A DNA stretch of 34,168 nt from Candidatus Woesearchaeota archaeon (GCA_037442865.1 JBBIPM010000003.1:1-34168); one strand, 5' to 3'; numbered from the stretch's first letter, positions 8,059 through 16,625 are shown. A program made the numbers and translations. The notes: generated from the sequence alone by a model not told the origin.

Positions 8059-8068
8059 GGATTCCACG

Positions 8069-8755
8069 ATGAGCAAGAACCACCTGAAGAGGATCAACGC
8101 GCCCAAGACCTGGCCAATCGAGCGGAAGTCCACAGTCTTCATCATCCGTCCACGTCCCAGCGGCCACGCGATGGCGAAGAGCCTGCCGCTCAGCATCATC
8201 CTCCGCGACGTCCTCGGGCTCGCGCGGTTCACCCGTGGCGTCCGGTTCATCCTCAACACGCAAGAGGTCCTTATCAACGGGAAGCGGCAGCTCCGCCCCG
8301 AGGCGTCCGCCGGTCTCTTCGACCTCCTCTCCTTCCCGGCGCTGAAGGCGCACTACCGGGTCACGATCAACGGCCTCAACCGCCTCGCGCTCCTCCCGGT
8401 CTCGGGGAAGGAGGCGACGCTCATTCCCTGCAGGGTGACGAGCAAGACGGCGCTGAAAGGCGGCCGCATCCAGCTCGGCTTCCACAACGGCCGAACCCTC
8501 CTCGTCACGAAGGATTCCTACCAGGTGGGCGGCACCGTGCTGCTCACCCTCGAGAACAGAGAGGACGCGTACTTCCCCTTCGCGGAAGGCGCACCTGTTT
8601 TCATCGCCGGCGGCAAGCATGTCGGCACGATCGGGACGCTGTCCCGGATCAACGGGCAGGACGTGACGGTCACGACCGCGGACGGCCCGCTCGAGACGAA
8701 GCGAGGCCACCTCTTCGTGCTGGGCGGGGAGAAGCCCGTCGTGAAGGTCGCATAA
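8069..8755 (+). CDS. rps4e: 30S ribosomal protein eS4
   Basis: I moved the start to ATG 8069 (MSKNHLKRINAPKTWPIERK, typical eS4 N-terminus), which is preceded by GAGGA. The 13 extra codons of the tracked ORF overlap rpl24. Confidence 0.94.
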   Translation: MSKNHLKRINAPKTWPIERKSTVFIIRPRPSGHAMAKSLPLSIILRDVLGLARFTRGVRFILNTQEVLINGKRQLRPEASAGLFDLLSFPALKAHYRVTINGLNRLALLPVSGKEATLIPCRVTSKTALKGGRIQLGFHNGRTLLVTKDSYQVGGTVLLTLENREDAYFPFAEGAPVFIAGGKHVGTIGTLSRINGQDVTVTTADGPLETKRGHLFVLGGEKPVVKVA

Positions 8756-8765
8756 GGATAGGACC

Positions 8766-9299
8766 ATGGAACAGAAGCTGATACTCATGAACCCGATGCG
8801 CCGAATCCGGATCGAGAAGCTCACCCTCAACATCGGGGCGGGCAAGGACCAGGCGATCCTCGCCAAAGGCGAGAAGCTCTTCGAGCAGCTCACCGGCATC
8901 AAGCCCGTGAAGACGAAGACGCAGAAGCGGATTCCGACCTGGGGCTTACGTCCCGGCCTGCCGATCGGCCTGAAGCTGACGCTTCGCGGCCCACAGGCGG
9001 AGCGGCTGATACCACGCCTCCTCAGCGCGAAATCCTTCACGCTCAAGGACGGGAACATCGACGAGGCGGGCAACGTCAGCTTCGGGCTCCCCGAATACAT
9101 CGACATCGAAGGGGCGAAGTATGACCCTGAGATCGGGATCATCGGGCTCCAGACGTGCATCACGCTGGAGCGGGCCGGCTACCGCGTCAAGCGGCGACGA
9201 GTCCGGCCGGCGAAGCCGGGAGAGCATCATCGCATCCACCGCGACGAAGCCAAGGCGTTCATGGCTGAGCGCTTCAAGGTCCGGTTTGAGGAGGAGTAA
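8766..9299 (+). CDS. rpl5: 50S ribosomal protein uL5
   Basis: 177 aa. NPMRRIRIEKLTLNIGAG and gene order. Confidence 0.95.
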   Translation: MEQKLILMNPMRRIRIEKLTLNIGAGKDQAILAKGEKLFEQLTGIKPVKTKTQKRIPTWGLRPGLPIGLKLTLRGPQAERLIPRLLSAKSFTLKDGNIDEAGNVSFGLPEYIDIEGAKYDPEIGIIGLQTCITLERAGYRVKRRRVRPAKPGEHHRIHRDEAKAFMAERFKVRFEEE

Positions 9300-9301
9300 G
9301 C

Positions 9302-9532
9302 ATGACCACGACGCATCACACCAAGGTGCTCACGCAGATCAAGGGGAAGCCGGGCAAGCATGCCAAGTACTTGAAGAACAGCGTCCCGAAGGAGCGGAAG
9401 TACGGTGCTTTGCTCCGGCGGTGCAAGCTCTGCGGCAACCCGCGGGGCCACATCGGCAAGTATGGGCTCGACCTGTGTCGGAAATGCTTCCGGGACCACG
9501 CCACCGAGCTTGGCTTCAAGCAATACAGTTAG
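9302..9532 (+). CDS. rps14: 30S ribosomal protein uS14 (zinc-ribbon type)
   Basis: 76 aa. CKLCGNPRGHIGKYGLDLCRKCFR carries a CxxC...CxxC pair. Confidence 0.92.
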   Translation: MTTTHHTKVLTQIKGKPGKHAKYLKNSVPKERKYGALLRRCKLCGNPRGHIGKYGLDLCRKCFRDHATELGFKQYS

Positions 9533-9566
9533 CAATACCGACGCTTACTGCTCAGCAATAAAAGGA

Positions 9567-9588
9567 TACGGCAGACCTACGGCAGACC
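9567..9588 (+). repeat. 11-nt perfect tandem duplication in the rps14-rps8 spacer
   Basis: tacggcagacc at 9567-9577 and again at 9578-9588. Confidence 0.9.
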
Positions 9589-9612
9589 GATAATGATGAT
9601 GGAGAGACGAAG

Positions 9613-10005
9613 ATGACGCTCAATGACCCCCTCGCCAACGTGCTCAGCGCAATCATGAACGCGGAGCGGCGCGGCAAGAAGACGATTGTGACGCGGAACA
9701 ACTCCGCGCTCATCCGCACCGTCCTCGACCTGCTCCGCGACAACGGCTATCTCGCGGGCTATGACGTTGCCGCTGACGCGAAAGGCGGCCTCCTCACCGT
9801 CCGGCTCGCCGGCAAGATCAACGAGATCGGCGTCATCAAGCCGCGCTACCAGGTGAAGAAAGGGCAGTATGAGCGGTTCGAGAAGCGGTTCCTCCCCGCA
9901 AAGGGGTTCGGCCTCCTCTTCGTCAGCACGAGCAAGGGGCTGATGCTTCACGAGGAGGCGAAAGCCGCGGGCATCGGCGGCGCGCTCATCAGCTATTGTT
10001 ATTGA
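9613..10005 (+). CDS. rps8: 30S ribosomal protein uS8
   Basis: 130 aa. MTLNDPLANVLSAIMNAERRGK is a typical uS8 N-terminus. Confidence 0.95.
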   Translation: MTLNDPLANVLSAIMNAERRGKKTIVTRNNSALIRTVLDLLRDNGYLAGYDVAADAKGGLLTVRLAGKINEIGVIKPRYQVKKGQYERFEKRFLPAKGFGLLFVSTSKGLMLHEEAKAAGIGGALISYCY

Positions 10006-10015
10006 GGAAACCACC

Positions 10016-10561
10016 ATGAAGATCGAGAAGCTCGAGGACAGCATTCCGCTCCCCGCCGGCGTGACGGCCGCGTTCACGGAGCAGACGCTCCGCGTCGACG
10101 GCCCCAAAGGGAGCCTGTCCCGCGTCCTCTTCAGCCAGAAAGTGGCCGTGACCGTTGATGGCGGCGCCATCCGTTTCGCGGTCGCGAATGCGACGCTCCG
10201 CGAGAAGAAGGTCTTCTACACCTTCAAGGCGCACGCAAAGAACCTCGTCAGGGGCGTCACCGAGGGGTACACCTACACGCTCAAGGTCTGCAGCGGCCAC
10301 TTCCCCATGTCGGTCAGCGTCAAGGGGCGCCACTTCGAGATTAAGAATTTCATCGGCGAGAAGGTGCCTCGGACCCTCACCATCAAGGAGGGGGCTGAGG
10401 TCAAGGTGGACGGCGACAAGGTCGTCGTCACGGGAATCGACAAGGAGCTCGTCAGCCATGTCGCGGCGGAGATCGAGCAGCTCAGCAGGCGTCCTGGCTT
10501 CGACACCCGGATCTTCCAGGACGGCATCTTCATCATCGATAAGGCGGGCAAGCAGGTATAG
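10016..10561 (+). CDS. rpl6: 50S ribosomal protein uL6
   Basis: 181 aa. Two-domain uL6 pattern (LRVDGPKGSL...; YTYTLKVCSGHFPMSVSVKG) and gene order. Confidence 0.94.
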   Translation: MKIEKLEDSIPLPAGVTAAFTEQTLRVDGPKGSLSRVLFSQKVAVTVDGGAIRFAVANATLREKKVFYTFKAHAKNLVRGVTEGYTYTLKVCSGHFPMSVSVKGRHFEIKNFIGEKVPRTLTIKEGAEVKVDGDKVVVTGIDKELVSHVAAEIEQLSRRPGFDTRIFQDGIFIIDKAGKQV

Positions 10562-10591
10562 GAACTGATACGAATGACGCGGTGAACGATC

Positions 10592-11173
10592 ATGACAGAG
10601 CAGCAACTCGCGGAACGGCGGCAACGGAAGGCGAAGAAGCCCCGGTTCCTCCGCCAGGATGCGCGGAAGAAGGCCGAGGTCTCGCAGACCTGGCGCAAGC
10701 CTCGTGGCCTCCACAGCAAGATGCGGCTGAACAAGCGTGGCTACCCGCGATGCGTCAGCCCCGGCTGGGGCAGCCCGCGCGCCGTCGAAGGGCTCACCCG
10801 TGAAGGGCTAGTCCCCGTCCGTGTCGCGACGCTCGCCGAGTTGGCGGCGATTGACCCGAAGCGCGACGCCGCTGTCCTCATGGGGACGCTCGGCGCGAAG
10901 AAGCGCGAGCAGCTCCTGAAGGAGGCGAAGGCGCGGAAGATTCTCGTCGTCAACGTGAAAGACGTCGACGCGGCGCTCGTGCGGATCGGCGCAGCGCGGA
11001 CGCGGCTCGCGGAACGGCGCGCCGCGCGTGCCTCGCGGCGGGAGAACAAGAAGGCTGCGGCGAAGAAGACAATCGAGGAACGCGTCACGAAGGAGGAGCT
11101 GCAGCCCTCTGAGGCTGAGAAGGCGGAGGCGCTCGCCGAGGAGAAGCGGCGCGTCCTGACGAAGAAGGCATGA
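10592..11173 (+). CDS. rpl32e: 50S ribosomal protein eL32 with a basic/acidic helical tail
   Basis: 193 aa. FLRQDARKKAEVSQTWRKPRGLHSKMRLNKRGYP is the eL32 core. Confidence 0.93.
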   Translation: MTEQQLAERRQRKAKKPRFLRQDARKKAEVSQTWRKPRGLHSKMRLNKRGYPRCVSPGWGSPRAVEGLTREGLVPVRVATLAELAAIDPKRDAAVLMGTLGAKKREQLLKEAKARKILVVNVKDVDAALVRIGAARTRLAERRAARASRRENKKAAAKKTIEERVTKEELQPSEAEKAEALAEEKRRVLTKKA

Positions 11174-11646
11174 TCACCATGAAGCTCACGACACAACGGA
11201 GAGTGGCAGCCTCGCTGCTGAAGTGCGGCGAAGGGCGCGTCAGGTTCGACCCCTCGCGGCTCAACGAGATCAAGGAGGGGATTACGAAGAGTGACCTGCG
11301 CCTCCTGGTCAGTGACGGGCTCGTCGCCGCGAAGCCGGTGAAGGGTGTCAGTCGCGTCCGGGCACGGAAGAAGCACACGCAGAAGCGGAAAGGGCTCCGT
11401 CGCGGCGACGGCAGCAGGAAAGGGACGCGGAACGCCGCGGTCTCGGCCAAGTCGCGCTGGATGGCCAAGGTCCGGAGCCAGCGCGCTTTCTTGGCGGAGC
11501 TGAAGAGGAAGAAGATGGTCGACAACGCGGCGTACCGCGAGCTCTATCTGAAGAGCAAGGGCGGATTCTTCCGGAGCAAGCGCCACATCAAGCTCTTCAT
11601 CGACGACAAGCGCCTTTGGCGGCTGCCGAAGGCGGAGAAGAAGTGA
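11170..11646 (+). CDS. rpl19e: 50S ribosomal protein eL19
   Basis: KLTTQRRVAASLLKCGEGRVRFDP is a typical eL19 N-terminus. The likely true start is ATG 11179, within the cassette ATGATCACCATG. Confidence 0.94.
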   Translation: MITMKLTTQRRVAASLLKCGEGRVRFDPSRLNEIKEGITKSDLRLLVSDGLVAAKPVKGVSRVRARKKHTQKRKGLRRGDGSRKGTRNAAVSAKSRWMAKVRSQRAFLAELKRKKMVDNAAYRELYLKSKGGFFRSKRHIKLFIDDKRLWRLPKAEKK

Positions 11647-11651
11647 ATCCC

Positions 11652-12356
11652 ATGACCCACGCGAAGCATGTCCTCCCATACCGCCGCAAGCGCGAAGGCA
11701 GGACGAACTACAAGAAGCGGCTGGCGCTTCTCAAGTCAGGGCGCCCGCGGCTCGTCATCAGGAAGAGCAACCGCTACGTGCAACTCCAGCTCGTCCGCTA
11801 CCACGCCGATGGCGACCGCATCCTCGTCACCGTGACGTCCAAGGCGCTCGCGAAGCTCGGCTGGACTGGCTCTGCGAAATCGATCCCCGCCGCGTACCTT
11901 ACCGGCATCCTCTGCGCGAAGGAGGCGAAGGCGCACGGCGTCGCCGACGCCATCGTCGACCTCGGTTTCCAGAAGCACCGCGCGGGCACCCGGCTCTGCG
12001 CCGCGATCAAGGGGGCTATCGACGGCGGCCTCGCCATCCCCGCATCGGAGGAGATCTTCCCGTCCGGCGACCGGATCAACGGCGTCCACACGAAGGCGCC
12101 GGAGCGCGTCGCGGCTGTCGCGGCGAAGCTCGGCGTCACGCTCCCGAAGCCGGACGCGAAGAAGGAGGCGAAGAAGGGCGATGAGCAGAAGCCGAAGAAG
12201 GGCGACGAGCAGAAGCTGAAGAAGGGCGATGAGCAGAAGCCGAAGAAGGGCGACGAGCAGAAGCCGAAGGGAGCGCCCGGCGAGAAGGGCGGAGCGAAGA
12301 GCGCCGCGCCGAAGGTCCTGGCCGATGGCGCCGTGAGCGCTCCTGACGAGGAATGA
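11652..12356 (+). CDS. rpl18: 50S ribosomal protein uL18 with a (KKGDEQKP)x4 tail
   Basis: I moved the start to ATG 11652 (MTHAKHVLPYRRKREGRTNYKKRL). The 12 upstream codons of the tracked ORF overlap rpl19e. Confidence 0.94.
   Translation: MTHAKHVLPYRRKREGRTNYKKRLALLKSGRPRLVIRKSNRYVQLQLVRYHADGDRILVTVTSKALAKLGWTGSAKSIPAAYLTGILCAKEAKAHGVADAIVDLGFQKHRAGTRLCAAIKGAIDGGLAIPASEEIFPSGDRINGVHTKAPERVAAVAAKLGVTLPKPDAKKEAKKGDEQKPKKGDEQKLKKGDEQKPKKGDEQKPKGAPGEKGGAKSAAPKVLADGAVSAPDEE
12171..12266 (+). repeat. 24-nt tandem repeat x4 inside the rpl18 tail
   Basis: aagaagggcgaYgagcagaagcYg units start at 12171, 12195, 12219 and 12243. They encode KKGDEQK(P/L). Confidence 0.95.
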
Positions 12357-13108
12357 TCACCATGGGACGACCGCAATTCAAACGAGAGCGCGAGACGCCG
12401 AACCTCGACGCGTGGCAGCCACGTACCGAGCTGGGGCGGCTCGTGAAGAACAAGGAGATCCTCTCCATCGACGAGATTCTCGATTCCGGACTGACCATCC
12501 TCGAGGCGGAGATTATCGATGTGCTGCTGCCGAACCTCGACGAGGAGCTCCTCCTCATCGGCCAGGCGAAAGGGAAGTTCGGCGGCGGCCAGCGCAGAAT
12601 TTTTAGGCAGACGCAGAAGAAGACGATGGAGGGAAACAAGCCGAAGTTCACCGCCATGGCCGTCGTGGGCGACAAGGACGGCCACGTCGGCATCGGCCTC
12701 GGCAGCGCGAAGGAGACGATGCCCGCGCGTGAGAAGGCGATCCGGAAGGCGAAGCTGAACCTCTTCAAGGTCCGGCGCGGCACCGGCTCCTGGGAGGATG
12801 CCAGCGACGACCCGCACAGCATCCCCTACGCAGTCGAAGGGAAGACGGGCAGCGTCCTCGTCCGCCTCCTGCCCGCGCCGAAGGGGAAGGGGCTCGTCGT
12901 CGAGAAGGAGGCGGCGAAGGTTCTCCAGCTGGCAGGCATCCGGAACGTCTGGAGCAAGACGTTCGGCCAGACGAAGAACAAGGTCAATTTCATCAAGGCG
13001 CTTGAGCGCGCGCTGCGGCAGCTGAGCGCGACGAAGGTGCAGCCGCTCCACCGGACGCGGCTCAGCATTATCGACGGTTCCAAGAAGCGTGCGGAGGGAG
13101 CCGAATGA
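12353..13108 (+). CDS. rps5: 30S ribosomal protein uS5
   Basis: 251 aa. RIFRQTQKKTMEGNKPKFTAMAVVGDKDGHVGIGLGSAKE is the uS5 core. Alternative start ATG 12362. Confidence 0.95.
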   Translation: MITMGRPQFKRERETPNLDAWQPRTELGRLVKNKEILSIDEILDSGLTILEAEIIDVLLPNLDEELLLIGQAKGKFGGGQRRIFRQTQKKTMEGNKPKFTAMAVVGDKDGHVGIGLGSAKETMPAREKAIRKAKLNLFKVRRGTGSWEDASDDPHSIPYAVEGKTGSVLVRLLPAPKGKGLVVEKEAAKVLQLAGIRNVWSKTFGQTKNKVNFIKALERALRQLSATKVQPLHRTRLSIIDGSKKRAEGAE

Positions 13109-13473
13109 TCCTCGCCGCCGTCAGGGTCAGGGGTGAACAGGGCATCAGCGTCACGACGCGGGACGCGCTCGACTCCCTGCGGCTCCGGCGCAAGCACGTC
13201 TGCGTCCTCTACGCAGACACGCCGCTGACGCGCGGCGCGCTCCGGAAATGCAAGGACTTCATCACGTACGGCACAATCACAGAGGAGACGAATGCGCTCC
13301 TCATCGAGAAGCGCGGCGTGAAGGATGCGGAGGGGCGGCTGAAGCCCTTCTTCGCCCTCCACCCGCCCCGCGGCGGCTTCGAGCGGAAAGGGATCAAGAA
13401 AGGATTCGCCGAAGGCGGCGCCCTCGGCGACCGCGGCGCGGCGATGGACGCGCTCATCAGGAAGATGCTCTAG
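13105..13473 (+). CDS. rpl30: 50S ribosomal protein uL30
   Basis: 122 aa. AAVRVRGEQGISVTTRDALDSLRLRRKH and gene order. ATGA overlap with rps5. Confidence 0.9.
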   Translation: MILAAVRVRGEQGISVTTRDALDSLRLRRKHVCVLYADTPLTRGALRKCKDFITYGTITEETNALLIEKRGVKDAEGRLKPFFALHPPRGGFERKGIKKGFAEGGALGDRGAAMDALIRKML

Positions 13474-13968
13474 GTGACTGGCATGTTCAAGCGACGGAAG
13501 AAAGTGACACGGGCCCGGGGGAAGCACACCCATGGCTGGGGTGCGATGAAGAAGCACCGCGGCGCGGGTAACCGCGGCGGCCGCGGCAACGCGGGCAGCG
13601 GGAAGCGGGGCGACGCGAAGAAGCCGAGCTACTGGAAGGACACGGAACGGTACGGGAAGCATGGCTTTACCGAGAAGGGCATCCATGCGGTCGTCGTCCC
13701 GGCGATCAACGCAGGCCACCTCGCATCCGTGGCGGCGCGGCTCGTCCGTGAAGGGGACGCGGTCGAGAAGGGCGGCGCCATCATCGTCGATCTCGGCGCG
13801 CTCGGCTACGGCCGGCTACTCGGTGGCGGCATCGTCGCCGCGAAGCTCGACGTCACGGTCGCCTGGGCGTCGGCGCGCGCCATCGAGAAGATCGAGGCGG
13901 CGGGCGGGAAAGTCACCGTGACCGCTCCGGGAGTGTCTGAGGGTGACTCGTCGACGAACGACGAGTGA
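13474..13968 (+). CDS. rpl15: 50S ribosomal protein uL15
   Basis: RKKVTRARGKHTHGWGAMKKHRGAGNRGGRGNAG is the uL15 N-terminal signature. ATG 13483, preceded by AGGTGA, is the likelier start than GTG 13474. Confidence 0.94.
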   Translation: MTGMFKRRKKVTRARGKHTHGWGAMKKHRGAGNRGGRGNAGSGKRGDAKKPSYWKDTERYGKHGFTEKGIHAVVVPAINAGHLASVAARLVREGDAVEKGGAIIVDLGALGYGRLLGGGIVAAKLDVTVAWASARAIEKIEAAGGKVTVTAPGVSEGDSSTNDE

Positions 13969-14092
13969 AACTCATTCCTTCTCTCTGTTTCGTTCGTTCT
14001 CTCTTCCTATCCCCTCTTTTCATCCCTCTCGCTTTTCCACCCTCTTTTCTCTCTTTCCCGACCCATTCAGCATTCGTTATCCTTTTCCTTGC

Positions 14093-14101
14093 TTTTTTTT
14101 T
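14093..14101 (+). terminator. oligo-T (T9) archaeal-type terminator candidate after the r-protein operon
   Basis: A run of nine T sits inside a C/T-only spacer, about 125 nt after the rpl15 stop and upstream of the secY TATA. Confidence 0.5.
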
Positions 14102-14177
14102 CAGGCAGTTTTTGCAGAACGTATGGACTACTCATCCGCGCCGCTGGCCGGAGGTCGCGCCCCGTTCTGTCAAAGCA

Positions 14178-14185
14178 TTTATAAA
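14178..14185 (+). promoter_or_regulatory. TATA box (TTTATAAA) for a leaderless secY transcript
   Basis: The octamer centre is about 27 nt upstream of the secY ATG at 14209. The same octamer is used at 1144 and 16618. Confidence 0.6.
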
Positions 14186-14208
14186 CCCGTCGTGAGCCCT
14201 CTCCGGCG

Positions 14209-15534
14209 ATGGCGTTCCTCGACACGGTGCTCCAGAACTTGCCGGAGGTGCAGGCGCCGACGGAGAAGCGGCTCGCCTTCAAGGAGAAGGTGAAGTGGAC
14301 GCTGGTCGTCCTCCTCCTCTATTTCATCCTGGGGATGATTCCGCTTTTCGGCCTCGGCGCGAATGCGCTGCAGCAGTTCCAGTTCCTCGAGATCGTGCTG
14401 GGCGCGAGTTTCGGCTCCATCATCACGCTCGGCATCGGCCCCATCGTCACCGCCTCTATTGTCTTGCAGCTCCTGAACGGGAGCGGAATCGTCAAGTTCG
14501 ATCTGACGAGCCATGAGGGGAAGGCCCGTTTCCAAGGGATCCAGAAGCTCCTCGCCATCTTTTTCATCATCGTGGAAGGGTTCATCTACGTCCTGACGGG
14601 AGGGCTCTCCCCGGAAGTGGGGATTCCTGTCTGGGTACTCGTTTTCCAGCTCTTCCTTGGCGGCATCCTAATCATGCTGATGGATGAGGTCGTCTCGAAA
14701 TGGGGCTTCGGCTCGGGCATCAGCCTCTTCATCGCGGCCGGGGTCTCGAAGGAGGTCTTCGTCCGTGCCTTCACCTGGTTGCCCAGCCCCACGAATCCTG
14801 ATATCCCTGCCGGTGCGGTCCCCGCCGTCTTCACCGCGCTGAGCGCCGGCGACCCGACGACGGCGGCGATCGAGGTCGCCATTCTCGTCGCCACCGTGGC
14901 GGTCTTCCTCTTTGTCGTCTATACGCAGGCGATGAAGGTGGAGATTCCGCTCAGTTTCGGCCGGATCAGAGGGCACGGAATACGGTGGCCGCTCAATTTC
15001 TTCTACACCAGCGTCATCCCAGTCATCCTGATCGCGGCGTTGCTGGCGAACTTCCAGCTGCTTGGGCACCTCTTCCCCTCCTTCTCCTGGCTCGCCGACC
15101 TGGTGAACAGGCCGAACATCGTGAGCCAGATCATCACCGGGAGCTTTGGTTGGTCCTCTGCGTGGCAGTCGCTCCTCTATGTCCTGATCTTCATGGTCGG
15201 TAGCCTCGTCTTTGGCCTCTTCTGGGTCCAGACGGCCGGGCTCGACCCGGCGTCGCAGGCGCGGAACATCATGAACAGCGGACTTCAGATTCCAGGGTTC
15301 CGGAAGGACCAACGGGTGCTGGAGCGGATGCTGGAGCGGTACATCTGGCCCTTGACCGTGGTCGGCTCCCTCGCCGTCGGGTTCCTGGCGGCTGTCGCCG
15401 ACCTGACCGGGGCGATCGGCTCCGGCACCGGCCTCCTGCTCACCGTCATGATCGTCTACCAGCTCTACCAGAGCATCGCGCAGCAGCACCTCGTCGACAT
15501 GAACCCGATGATGCGGAAGTTCATGGGGCGGTAA
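14209..15534 (+). CDS. secY: preprotein translocase subunit SecY
   Basis: 441 aa, polytopic. The N-terminus LPEVQAPTEKRLAFKEKVKWTLVVLLLYFILGMIPLFG and the position after rpl15 are characteristic. Confidence 0.96.
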   Translation: MAFLDTVLQNLPEVQAPTEKRLAFKEKVKWTLVVLLLYFILGMIPLFGLGANALQQFQFLEIVLGASFGSIITLGIGPIVTASIVLQLLNGSGIVKFDLTSHEGKARFQGIQKLLAIFFIIVEGFIYVLTGGLSPEVGIPVWVLVFQLFLGGILIMLMDEVVSKWGFGSGISLFIAAGVSKEVFVRAFTWLPSPTNPDIPAGAVPAVFTALSAGDPTTAAIEVAILVATVAVFLFVVYTQAMKVEIPLSFGRIRGHGIRWPLNFFYTSVIPVILIAALLANFQLLGHLFPSFSWLADLVNRPNIVSQIITGSFGWSSAWQSLLYVLIFMVGSLVFGLFWVQTAGLDPASQARNIMNSGLQIPGFRKDQRVLERMLERYIWPLTVVGSLAVGFLAAVADLTGAIGSGTGLLLTVMIVYQLYQSIAQQHLVDMNPMMRKFMGR

Positions 15535-15535
15535 G

Positions 15536-16288
15536 ATGGGACTCTCCTCCTTTTTCGATCCCGTCCTGGCTCCTCTCCTCTCCTTGCCGCCGTTCTGGGC
15601 GATCCTCGTCATCTCGTTCCTCTTGGCGCTCGTCACGACGTTCATCTACAAGTATGCCACCGACCAGGCGCGGATGAAGGAGCTGAAAACGAAGGTGAAG
15701 GCGACGAACGAGCGGATGAAGAAGACGAAGGATGATCCGAAGAAGCTGATGAAGATCCAGCAGGAGGCGATGGCGATGAACCTGGAGCTGATGAAGCACA
15801 GCTTCAAGCCGACGCTCTACACGATGCTTCCCATCCTGCTCATCTTCTGGTGGATGGGTGCCACGTTCGCGTATCACAACCTGGCGCCCGGCGAGGAGTT
15901 CACGCTCACCGCCACCTTCGCCCCCGGGGTGGAGCGCGCCTCGCTCGTCGTGATCCCTGAGCTCGAGCTCCTCTCGGAGCAGGAGCAGGCGGTGAACGGT
16001 TCCGTCTCCTGGACGTTACGCGGAGGCCTCGGCGAGTACAAGGCGACGGTCTCGGTGCCGAACGCTGGGGCTGAGGAGAAGCGTTTCCTCATCGCCGAGG
16101 ATCGGCGCTACGCGCCGCCGGTCCAGCAATACAAGGGGGTGGTGAAGAGCATCACGCTTTCGAATGAGGCGGTGAAGCCGCTCGGCTCGCTCTCCCTCTT
16201 CGGCTGGCGTCCGGGCTGGCTCGGCACCTACATCCTGCTGAGCATCGCGTTCAGCATCCTCCTCCGGAAAGCGCTCGGCGTCGTCTGA
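15536..16288 (+). CDS. DUF106 / Mj0480-like Oxa1-superfamily insertase homolog with a large TM2-TM3 insertion
   Basis: 250 aa, starting 1 nt after the secY stop. TM1 (FWAILVISFLLALVTTFIY) is followed by a K/E-rich coiled coil (MKELKTKVKATNERMKKTKDDPKKLMKIQQEAMAMNLELMK), then TM2, a non-hydrophobic segment of about 115 aa, and TM3. Confidence 0.75.
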   Translation: MGLSSFFDPVLAPLLSLPPFWAILVISFLLALVTTFIYKYATDQARMKELKTKVKATNERMKKTKDDPKKLMKIQQEAMAMNLELMKHSFKPTLYTMLPILLIFWWMGATFAYHNLAPGEEFTLTATFAPGVERASLVVIPELELLSEQEQAVNGSVSWTLRGGLGEYKATVSVPNAGAEEKRFLIAEDRRYAPPVQQYKGVVKSITLSNEAVKPLGSLSLFGWRPGWLGTYILLSIAFSILLRKALGVV

Positions 16289-16360
16289 GCGGGTGGTTTT
16301 TCCCGTTTCTTCTCCCCCTGTTCGTCGTTCACCCCCGCGTATCGGCCCGGGCAGGTCTCT

Positions 16361-16480
16361 CTCCTTCTTCTCTTTGCTCGCTCCGCTCCCCTCTTCTCCT
16401 TCTTCTCTTTGCTCGCTCTGCTCCCCTCTTCTCCTTCTTCTCTTTGCTCGCTCCGCTCCCCTCTTCTCCTTCTTCTCCTC
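16361..16480. repeat. 35-nt pyrimidine-rich minisatellite, about 3.4 copies
   Basis: ctccttcttctctttgctcgctc(c/t)gctcccctctt at 16361-16395, 16396-16430 and 16431-16465, plus a partial copy. Confidence 0.92.
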
Positions 16481-16617
16481 GCCATTCTCCTCCGCGTGCT
16501 CCTTCTTCTCGCTCTCTCGCCAGCCATCTCTCCCTCTTCCCTCCTCCTTTCTCTCCAACCAAAATGCACCTCTTTATAGAAAATATATCTTCTCCTGTCG
16601 TTTCGTTTCCAGTCACA

Positions 16618-16625
16618 TTTATAAA
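16618..16625 (+). promoter_or_regulatory. TATA box (TTTATAAA) for rpl34e-rpl14e
   Basis: The octamer lies about 50 nt upstream of ATG 16674. The implied short leader contains GGAGCAGGA. Confidence 0.55.

Noticed and set aside
9592-9598. ATGATGA C-box-like motif in the rps14-rps8 spacer
   Set aside because: There is no CUGA D box at the expected 45-60 nt downstream. The motif sits just upstream of the rps8 SD region.
1336-13051. Multiple long minus-strand ORFs across the r-protein operon (e.g. 1336-2310, 5481-6464, 6535-7563, 7958-9163, 11798-13051)
   Set aside because: All lie antisense to unmistakable ribosomal protein genes and have shadow-ORF composition. They are open only because stop codons are rare in GC-rich antisense frames.
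16361-16480. Possible CRISPR array (regular 35-nt repeats)
   Set aside because: The repeats are directly abutting with no unique spacers, are pyrimidine-only, and have no cas genes nearby. This is a minisatellite, not CRISPR.
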